Positions 18,312 through 25,007 of a stretch of 25,007 bases of DNA are shown here, piece by piece (positions within the stretch are counted from its first letter, which is position 1; every line of letters starts with the position of its first letter). The stretch is taken from the NCBI GenBank assembly GCA_041572575.1, contig JBFFSH010000037.1:1-25007 (forward strand), written 5' to 3'. The notes under the pieces are model-generated. The model saw nothing but the letters and a program-made list of their open reading frames with translations. It searched no databases and had not been told where the DNA came from. The position numbers and the translations under genes were made by a program. Origin of the DNA: Thermodesulfobacteriota bacterium (GTDB taxonomy: Bacteria; Desulfobacterota_D; UBA1144; Nemesobacterales; N074bin48).

Positions 18312-19481
18312 TTACTTTATTTCACCTGCTTTTTTCAGCTGCCACACAGTAACCAGCGGGCCTATAATTTCAAAAATAATTGTACTAGCTATAACAATTT
18401 GCAAAATCTGCACGCCCGGTTCGGGAAGTTTTTCTGCTATAAGCAGAGCCATTCCCATAGCAACACCTGCCTGCGGTATCAAACATAATCCGATTCGTTT
18501 TTGAATAACGTTATCAGCTCCTGATACGCTGCCTCCTAAAAGCCCACCAAAATATTTGCCTGCAAATCTGCTTAATATATAGAAAAATGTTATTGAGCTT
18601 ACAGCCATTATTGCAGGCAGCTCAAATTTGAAGCCTGCAAGAAAAAAGAAAAGAGCAAGAAACGGCTCACTTATTCCCTTTATGTCTCTAAATGGTTTTG
18701 TATGATGTTTTGCCCTGTTTGCAACTATAGCACCTAAGACCATACATGAAAGCAAATATGAAACGTGTAAATAAAGTGCTAAACCGCCGCAGAGAAATAC
18801 AAATCCTGCTGCTTCAAGCATAGTGGGTTCGCCTTTTTTTATTCTCCCTGTAAGCCACGCCATAGGTATTCCCAGAATGACTCCAAGTAGCATTGCTCCA
18901 AAAACTTCCCAAAGGCCGTTTATTAATACAAATCCGGCATTTCCGCTTCCAAGTGATAACTCTACGAAGACAAGTATAAAGCTAAACAGTATTATTCCCC
19001 ATGCATCATCAAGAGCTACGACTCCCAATAGGGTTTTAGTGAGCGGTCCCCTTGCTTTTTTTTCATTTACAATATCGTACGTCGCTGCTGGTGCAGTGGC
19101 GGAAGAGACTCCTGCAAGTAAAAGCGCCATCAGTGCACCCGCACCACTAAGTATCAAAAACGCAAAAACTATTATCACAGTTATAACGGTTTGCAGGATT
19201 GAAAGCCGTAAGACGACTCGCCCGGTAGTCTTTAAGTCTTTACCATAAAATCTCTCCCCTAACAGAAAACCCACCATAGCAAGTGCCATATGTGCTATTT
19301 GCGGAAACCACTCGGATATTTGCTGAGGTATAAAGTTTAAAAAATACGGCCCTGTTAAAAGTCCTATAAGAAGTAAAAGCGTTACTCTTGGAATATGCAC
19401 CTTGCGACCTGCTACGTGTGCTCCGTAACCTGCCAGAAGCAATATGCCCAATATAGAAAGATTAAGAGATATATTTTCCAC
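18312..19481 (-). CDS. Cation:proton antiporter (CPA2 / Na_H_Exchanger family)
   Basis: Many hydrophobic helices; ATAPA and VALDD motifs, PQAGVA; no obvious C-terminal regulatory domain. Confidence 0.88.
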   Translation of the reverse strand: MENISLNLSILGILLLAGYGAHVAGRKVHIPRVTLLLLIGLLTGPYFLNFIPQQISEWFPQIAHMALAMVGFLLGERFYGKDLKTTGRVVLRLSILQTVITVIIVFAFLILSGAGALMALLLAGVSSATAPAATYDIVNEKKARGPLTKTLLGVVALDDAWGIILFSFILVFVELSLGSGNAGFVLINGLWEVFGAMLLGVILGIPMAWLTGRIKKGEPTMLEAAGFVFLCGGLALYLHVSYLLSCMVLGAIVANRAKHHTKPFRDIKGISEPFLALFFFLAGFKFELPAIMAVSSITFFYILSRFAGKYFGGLLGGSVSGADNVIQKRIGLCLIPQAGVAMGMALLIAEKLPEPGVQILQIVIASTIIFEIIGPLVTVWQLKKAGEIK

Positions 19482-19531
19482 TTAAATTTCCCGGCTTGAA
19501 ATAGAAATTCATAGCTTTTATAAAGCTATAT

Positions 19532-21247
19532 CTAACTTAAAGTTTTTTGTTTTTCTAGTTTTTCTATTGCGATTTCCCGCATACGAAATTTTTGCAATTT
19601 TCCTGTTACTGTCATAGGAAATTTTTCAACAAACCAGATATATTTAGGAATTTTATAATGGGCAATATTGCCTTTGCAATATTCTTTTATTTCATTTTCG
19701 TCCGCCGATTCATTTTTATGAAGCTCTATCCAGGCCATAACCTGCTCACCATAAAACTCATCAGGAACTCCAAACACGGCCACCTCGGCTACCTTTGGAT
19801 GAGTAAATAAATAATCTTCAATTTCTCGTGGATAAATATTTTCCCCTCCCCTTATAATAATTTCCTTGAGCCTGCCGGTGATCTCAACATAACCATCTTT
19901 GTCCATCTTTCCCAGATCACCCGAATAAAGCCATCCATTCTCATCAATAGTTTTTTTGGTAGCTTCATCGTTTCCATAATATCCTTTCATAATATGGTAA
20001 CCGCGAAAGCATATTTCTCCATCCGTGCCAATTGCAACGGTTTTACCTGTATCTATATCTGTTACTTTAACCTCCTGATGAGGAAGATTTTTACCCACTG
20101 TCTCTGTACGCCTCTTAAATGAATCTTCCCTTGTTGTGAGATGAGTGAGCGGCGAAGCCTCCGTCTCACCATAGCCAATGAGAATATCTTTGCAGTGCAT
20201 ATCTTTTATAACCTTTTTCATAAGTTCAGGCGGGCATGGAGCTCCTGCCATTATCCCTGTTCTTAGAGAAGATAGATCGAACTCTTTGAAACCAGGATGT
20301 TCGAGCTCAGCTATAAACATAGTTGGAACCCCATGTATTGCAGTGCATTTTTCTTTTTCTATTGCTTTTAATGTCTTTTCAGCATCAAAATGTTCGGAAG
20401 GGATGATGATAGCTGCTCCAACCGAAAAGCAGAGCAGATTAGCAAGCACCATCCCAAAGCAGTGATAAAAAGGTACTGGTACTGCAAGGCGGTCTTTTTC
20501 GGAAAAATGCATGGCTTTTGCCGAAAAGTAAGCGTTGTTTAGAATATTATGATGCGTGAGCACAACGGCCTTGGGAAATCCTGTAGTTCCGGATGTGTAC
20601 TGTATGTTTATAGGGTCATCACGATCCAGGTTTTCGGTTAATTGCTCCAACTCTTTTTTCTTAACTATGCTGCCAGCGGCGATTACTTCCTGCCAGGTTA
20701 GAAAACCCCTATGGGGGCGGGCAGTTCTGTTTGGTCTCAAGGGATCATATACAACTACTTTTTTAAGTGCCGGGAAATTAGTACTGTGCCATTTGCTATG
20801 ACTTGATTTTTTTAGTTCCGGTATAAGTCCTGTAATCATAGACACATAATCACTCTTTTTAAAAGCGGGGATAATAAAAAGCCCCTGTACTTCTGATTGT
20901 TTAAGCGCATATTCGAGCTCTACCGGGCGGTAAGCAGGATTTATGTTTACTAGAACAGCACCAATACGCGCTGTGGCCATTTGAAGCAGAAGCCACTGGG
21001 TATTGTTAGTAGACCAGATACCTATTCGGTCGCTTTTTTCAAATCCAATACCTACAATACCTCTGGCGAGTTTGTCAATTGCTTTTGAGAACTGTAAATA
21101 GCTCAGTCGTTTATTCTGATGCAGAGAAACTACCGCGTCATTATCAGCAAACCTGATCGCTATATCTGAAAAATGATCTGGAATTGTAGCACCTAATAAA
21201 GGCTCCAATCCTCCACGATGATAGTAGCTTTTTTTATGATTCGTCAT
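19532..21247 (-). CDS. AMP-forming acyl-CoA synthetase (ACSF2/YngI-like)
   Basis: IQYTSGTTGFPK, PFYHCFG, YGETE, SGDLG, GRLKEIIIRGGENIYPREIE and TVTGKLQK. Confidence 0.93.
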   Translation of the reverse strand: MTNHKKSYYHRGGLEPLLGATIPDHFSDIAIRFADNDAVVSLHQNKRLSYLQFSKAIDKLARGIVGIGFEKSDRIGIWSTNNTQWLLLQMATARIGAVLVNINPAYRPVELEYALKQSEVQGLFIIPAFKKSDYVSMITGLIPELKKSSHSKWHSTNFPALKKVVVYDPLRPNRTARPHRGFLTWQEVIAAGSIVKKKELEQLTENLDRDDPINIQYTSGTTGFPKAVVLTHHNILNNAYFSAKAMHFSEKDRLAVPVPFYHCFGMVLANLLCFSVGAAIIIPSEHFDAEKTLKAIEKEKCTAIHGVPTMFIAELEHPGFKEFDLSSLRTGIMAGAPCPPELMKKVIKDMHCKDILIGYGETEASPLTHLTTREDSFKRRTETVGKNLPHQEVKVTDIDTGKTVAIGTDGEICFRGYHIMKGYYGNDEATKKTIDENGWLYSGDLGKMDKDGYVEITGRLKEIIIRGGENIYPREIEDYLFTHPKVAEVAVFGVPDEFYGEQVMAWIELHKNESADENEIKEYCKGNIAHYKIPKYIWFVEKFPMTVTGKLQKFRMREIAIEKLEKQKTLS

Positions 21248-21272
21248 TAGAAATAAAGAGTAAATTATATGT

Positions 21273-22193
21273 TTATTCTATATTATCCCAATACTCATCT
21301 ACTTTTGCCTGAAGCTCAGAAAGCAGCTTTTTATTTCGTTTTGGTTTGAAAAGATGAGAAAATCTTCCCTGTTTTTCCAGATACTCTTCAACAGGAATCC
21401 TTGGATGAGGCATTTTTGTGTGAACTACTTTTCCATCCATATATTCCTTTAAAGGCCAGACCCCGCTTTTCACGGCGAGTCTTCCTATCTCTATACTCTC
21501 CCTTGGATCATACTCCCAGCCGGTTGGACAGGGCGCAAGAGTAATTAACATGCGAGGCCCTTTTATGTCTTTTAGCTTTTCTATTTTCTGTGCAAGATCG
21601 AGAGGCTCTGTGCCAATTATAGTGGCAAGATAGGCTGGTTTGTGAGCAGCCCAGATTGAAAACAGGTCTTTTTTATAGCCAGCAAATCCCCTCGGGCCTT
21701 TGCTGGTAGCGGTCTTTGCCGCGTGTGGTGTAGCGCCCGAGTACTGCTGGCCCGTATTTCCATAACCTTCGTTGTCATAGCAGATATAAATGAAATTCAA
21801 GTCCCTTTCCATAGCCCCCGATGTTGCTGAAAGCCCCATGCCATAGGCTGCGCCGTCTCCAGTTAGAACCACAACGTCTAAGTCTTCTTTTTTGGGTATT
21901 CGTTTTTGCTCAAGGAGTATATCGAGCGCGTCTCTGATTCCCTGTGCGCCTGCAGGAGCCGAGGCCATAGACGTATACAACCATGAACCTCTAAAAGGAG
22001 TAAACGGATAAACAGACAGTAGTGTCATGCATCCGGCCGCATTTACAAACACTGTTTTTTCGCCAAGCACATCATATATAGCGTGCAGGGCCTGAAGCCC
22101 TCCACAGCCGGCACACATAGGCGTGCCTGATCCAAGCAGGTGTGTTGAAGGCAGATCCTTCCAGCGTTTATACTCAGTTGTTGTTTCGCTCAT
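21273..22193 (-). CDS. porB: 2-oxoacid (pyruvate-type):ferredoxin oxidoreductase beta subunit (TPP-binding)
   Basis: CAGCG, AGC, TPP motif GDG...YDNEGYGNTG and PCPTGW. Confidence 0.9.
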   Translation of the reverse strand: MSETTTEYKRWKDLPSTHLLGSGTPMCAGCGGLQALHAIYDVLGEKTVFVNAAGCMTLLSVYPFTPFRGSWLYTSMASAPAGAQGIRDALDILLEQKRIPKKEDLDVVVLTGDGAAYGMGLSATSGAMERDLNFIYICYDNEGYGNTGQQYSGATPHAAKTATSKGPRGFAGYKKDLFSIWAAHKPAYLATIIGTEPLDLAQKIEKLKDIKGPRMLITLAPCPTGWEYDPRESIEIGRLAVKSGVWPLKEYMDGKVVHTKMPHPRIPVEEYLEKQGRFSHLFKPKRNKKLLSELQAKVDEYWDNIE

Positions 22194-23437
22194 TGTATTT
22201 CTCCAAGTTCAGTACGTTCTACATGTGCTACGGCCTGAAGCTTTCTCATCTGTCTTAATTCATCCTCTTTATAAAGAAGTCTTGGAGGAGGCGTTATCCC
22301 GGAATCGGCGGCTATGCTTGTGATTTGTGCCATTTCAAAAAATTCTTCTTCAGTTATATCACGCCCGCCCAGGCCGCCTATAAAACTTGTAAGCACAGAA
22401 GGACTGCCATTTTTTCCGTAAAGCGCAGAGGCAATTTCTGTATGCAGCACTCCACCTTTACCCATAGACAGATTCTGGTCTATTACGCATACTCCTTTTT
22501 TATTTGCAAGTACACTACTTAATTTTTTTTCTGGAAACGGTCTTAAAAGTCTTGGCCTGACAAGCCCAACCTTCTTTCCTGCTGAACGCAATTTATCCAC
22601 AGCAGCTTTTGCCTTTGTTGCAAAACAGCCCATCATTACAAATACAATATCGGCATCTGCGGATTTGTATGATTCTACGGCTTGGTGACTTCTTCCAAAA
22701 AGCTCTGCAAATTCATCTGAGACTTCATCGTACACATCCAGAGCATTTAGTGCAGCAAGATGTGTTTCATAACGAAAATAAGAATAGGGCGAGCCACCAA
22801 GCACAGCCACTGCCTGGCTTGTTGGTGTGCTTGCGCGAAAAGCGATCTCTTCGGGATCAAACGGAGGAAGAAAATTTTTAATGGATTTAGTACCTGGTAG
22901 TTGTACAGGCTCGCGAGTAAAGGAAAGATAGAATCCATCTAAATTAACTATCACAGGAAGACGCACTCGTTTGTCTTCTGAGAGCCTGTAAGCGATCAAT
23001 GTGCTGTCCAGCACCTCCTGACAAGTAGAGCAGTGAATCTGCAAGAAACCACAATCCCTTGCTGCTAGTATATCATTGTGGTCAGGTTCCATAGTAATAG
23101 GAGCTGCAAGCCCTCTTGAAACATTTATAAGTACAAACGGCACGCGCCAGCCGGCTGTGGTGTATAGCATTTCCATAGCATACAAAAGCCCCTGACTTGA
23201 AGTGGCACTGAATACCCTTACTCCTGTAGCGGCGGCGCTTCCGGCAGCCGTGAGCATGGAATGTTCTGATTCCAGTGTTACAAGTCTGCCTTTCATCTCT
23301 TTATTATCAATCCAGCGCGAAAGGGTTTCTATTATCTCGGTTTGCGGAGTAATAGGGAAAGCCGGTATATAGTCTACACTTGCAAGACGTGCTGCCCATG
23401 CTGCTGCCCCGTTGCCTGTAAGCATTTGCCGTTTCAT
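22190..23437 (-). CDS. porA: 2-oxoacid:ferredoxin oxidoreductase alpha subunit
   Basis: GNGAAA, FPITPQT, ESEH, ATSSQGL, DGFYLS, RPFP and GLGGRD; ATGA overlap with the beta gene. Confidence 0.9.
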   Translation of the reverse strand: MKRQMLTGNGAAAWAARLASVDYIPAFPITPQTEIIETLSRWIDNKEMKGRLVTLESEHSMLTAAGSAAATGVRVFSATSSQGLLYAMEMLYTTAGWRVPFVLINVSRGLAAPITMEPDHNDILAARDCGFLQIHCSTCQEVLDSTLIAYRLSEDKRVRLPVIVNLDGFYLSFTREPVQLPGTKSIKNFLPPFDPEEIAFRASTPTSQAVAVLGGSPYSYFRYETHLAALNALDVYDEVSDEFAELFGRSHQAVESYKSADADIVFVMMGCFATKAKAAVDKLRSAGKKVGLVRPRLLRPFPEKKLSSVLANKKGVCVIDQNLSMGKGGVLHTEIASALYGKNGSPSVLTSFIGGLGGRDITEEEFFEMAQITSIAADSGITPPPRLLYKEDELRQMRKLQAVAHVERTELGEIQ

Positions 23438-24369
23438 TATAGTTTGCCTCCCTTTGCATCCTGAGACTGTTTTTCAGGTACTGCTTCGATTGCATGAGAC
23501 GGGCAGATAGCAACGCATATCATGCAGCCTTTACAATGATCATAATCCACTTCCGGAATGTTTTCATCAGATACATTTATAGCGCTATCGGGACAAAAAG
23601 TGCTGCATATCCACCAGCAATTATTACACCTGTCATAGTCAATTTCAGGGCGCAGAATACGCCAAAGCCCTGTTCTGACTTCAACGCTTGTAAGGCCTGC
23701 ATGTATAACCGGTGCTGACTGCTCAGCCGATTCAAATGGTACATCTACCCAATCAGGAGAATCATACGTATCTGCTAAAGTTTCGTCCGTCTCTGTAACA
23801 GTACCTTTATCTTTATTCATTGATTTGAAAGCAGTTTTTGCATATTCAATATTTTTGTCTACTATGTCTTTCCCTAAGTCTTGCAGTTCTGTTCGTATAG
23901 CCTTTTCCAATGACTTAAGTGAAATTACTCCCAAAAGACAGGCCCCGGCTCCAGCGCACATTGCGCCTATAAATGGTAGCTCGGCGCGGTCTTCGGATTC
24001 TTCGCTGACTGGCAAAATCAGTACCTGCGATTCGATATTTAATCGCCCTGTCCATGTTTCCTTAGAGTCATGGCTATTTATAAGTACAGTAGTCTTTTTT
24101 GTGACTCCATCAAGTACTCCTGCGGCAGGAACTGGCACTAAAGTGTCATCCGCTACGATAACAAGGTCGGGTTTTTGTATAACTCCCCTGTCGTTAATCT
24201 GTTCCTTTGATGCCCGAACGTAAGCGAATATCGGCGCCCCGCGTCTTTCCGCTCCGTATCTTGGAGCGTCCTGTACTTCATAACCTTCTAAAAAAAAGGC
24301 GGTACCGAGTATGCGGCTTGCCGTCTTTATACCCTGTCCCCCTCTTCCATGAAATCTAATCTGATACAT
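23437..24369 (-). CDS. porC: 2-oxoacid:ferredoxin oxidoreductase gamma-delta fusion
   Basis: IRFHGRGGQG and YGAERRGAP (gamma), fused to TGLWR..RP and 2x[4Fe-4S] motifs CNNCWWIC...CP / CKGCMIC...CP (delta). Confidence 0.9.
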   Translation of the reverse strand: MYQIRFHGRGGQGIKTASRILGTAFFLEGYEVQDAPRYGAERRGAPIFAYVRASKEQINDRGVIQKPDLVIVADDTLVPVPAAGVLDGVTKKTTVLINSHDSKETWTGRLNIESQVLILPVSEESEDRAELPFIGAMCAGAGACLLGVISLKSLEKAIRTELQDLGKDIVDKNIEYAKTAFKSMNKDKGTVTETDETLADTYDSPDWVDVPFESAEQSAPVIHAGLTSVEVRTGLWRILRPEIDYDRCNNCWWICSTFCPDSAINVSDENIPEVDYDHCKGCMICVAICPSHAIEAVPEKQSQDAKGGKL

Positions 24370-24380
24370 ATATTAGTTCC

Positions 24381-25007
24381 CTAAACAAATTTTGGAGCTG
24401 ATGAAAACGCAGAAAACCTGCGGTATTCCATAGCTTTTTTCACTCTTGCTGTAGCAAGCTCGGTGGCAGCCTGCCTTGGGGCAATTTTTTTATTTGCTGA
24501 GTCCTCTAAAACCTGCTGTGTATTTCTTCTAATTTTATCTTTTATGGATTCAAATACTGAAGATTCTGTAGCACCCTGATATTCCATTGCTGCGCAGATT
24601 ACTCCGCCTGCATTTGCAACGAAGTCCGGAACATTAATTATTCCCTTTTTGAATAGAATCTTTTCAGCCTCTGTAGTTGCAGGAATATTTGCCCCAGCCA
24701 CAATAAGCCTGGTCTTCATTTGATCTACGTTTTTTTCGGTTATTACATCAGGACGGGCCGCAGGAATCCATATCTCGCATTCTATTTCTATAACATCATC
24801 ACGCTTTAACACCTTACCCTTTTTATATTCCGACAGGCTCTTACCTGAGTTCTTATGCTCTATTAATTCATTTACATCAAGTCCATCCGGATCATATACA
24901 GTAGCTTTAGAATCAGATGCTGCTACCATTACTGCTCCCATGTCAGATAGAAATAGTGCTGAATGTTTTCCCACAGCCCCAAAACCCTGAACTACAAATC
25001 GCGCTCC
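24381..25007 (-). CDS. Glu/Leu/Phe/Val dehydrogenase, C-terminal NAD(P)-binding domain (5'-truncated by the window edge)
   Basis: Frame open to the window end: GARFVVQGFGAVGKH (Rossmann motif), IPAA, GANIP and VPDFVANAGGVI. Confidence 0.9.
   Translation of the reverse strand, partial: GARFVVQGFGAVGKHSALFLSDMGAVMVAASDSKATVYDPDGLDVNELIEHKNSGKSLSEYKKGKVLKRDDVIEIECEIWIPAARPDVITEKNVDQMKTRLIVAGANIPATTEAEKILFKKGIINVPDFVANAGGVICAAMEYQGATESSVFESIKDKIRRNTQQVLEDSANKKIAPRQAATELATARVKKAMEYRRFSAFSSAPKFV

Noticed and set aside
19511..19529. ATAGCTTT-TAT-AAAGCTAT hairpin between the acyl-CoA synthetase and antiporter genes
   Set aside because: AT-rich weak stem with no U-tract; not enough to call a terminator.
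1034..24223. Numerous short antisense or out-of-frame ORFs in the six-frame track (e.g. 18823-19248, 23825-24223, 13247-13618)
   Set aside because: They overlap well-supported genes and show no recognisable motifs; treated as shadow ORFs.
1..25007. CRISPR array, rRNA, or selenocysteine recoding in the hydrogenase
   Set aside because: No regularly spaced repeats or rRNA-like sequence were seen, and the large-subunit L2 motif is DPCISC with ordinary Cys codons.

Overview
AT-rich bacterial window with four parts. (1) 1-~1000 looks like the end of an integrative element: a probable leftward sigma54 promoter with a tandem enhancer-like repeat, a truncated IS3-family (IS407-group) orfA with its left end, several palindromes, and a 3'-half tRNA-Arg(TCT) fragment typical of an att site. 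(2) 1070-12482 (minus) is a tightly packed 12-gene unit behind a consensus sigma54 promoter (TGGCAC-N5-TTGCA). Its first gene is a GGQ-less aeRF1-like (baeRF/Balon-type) protein, followed by a group 3b NAD(P)-linked [NiFe] hydrogenase (beta, a stand-alone cNMP-domain protein, gamma, delta, alpha, maturation protease), a short zinc-finger-less HypA, HypF (apparently with an ATT start), HypC, HypD and HypE; no hypB is present. (3) 12594-16965 holds a DUF355/'adenosine-specific kinase' protein, a CNNM/DUF21 membrane protein, RtcA and a KamA-family radical-SAM aminomutase. (4) 17004-25007 (minus) is an amino-acid/2-oxoacid catabolic operon: Glu/Leu/Phe/Val dehydrogenase (partial), 2-oxoacid:ferredoxin oxidoreductase (gamma-delta fusion, alpha, beta), acyl-CoA synthetase, cation:proton antiporter and glutamate dehydrogenase. 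The best candidate for an undescribed system is a sigma54-controlled anoxia/dormancy module that co-expresses a putative ribosome-hibernation factor with a fermentative H2-evolving hydrogenase. All family calls come from motif recognition by eye; no searches were run.
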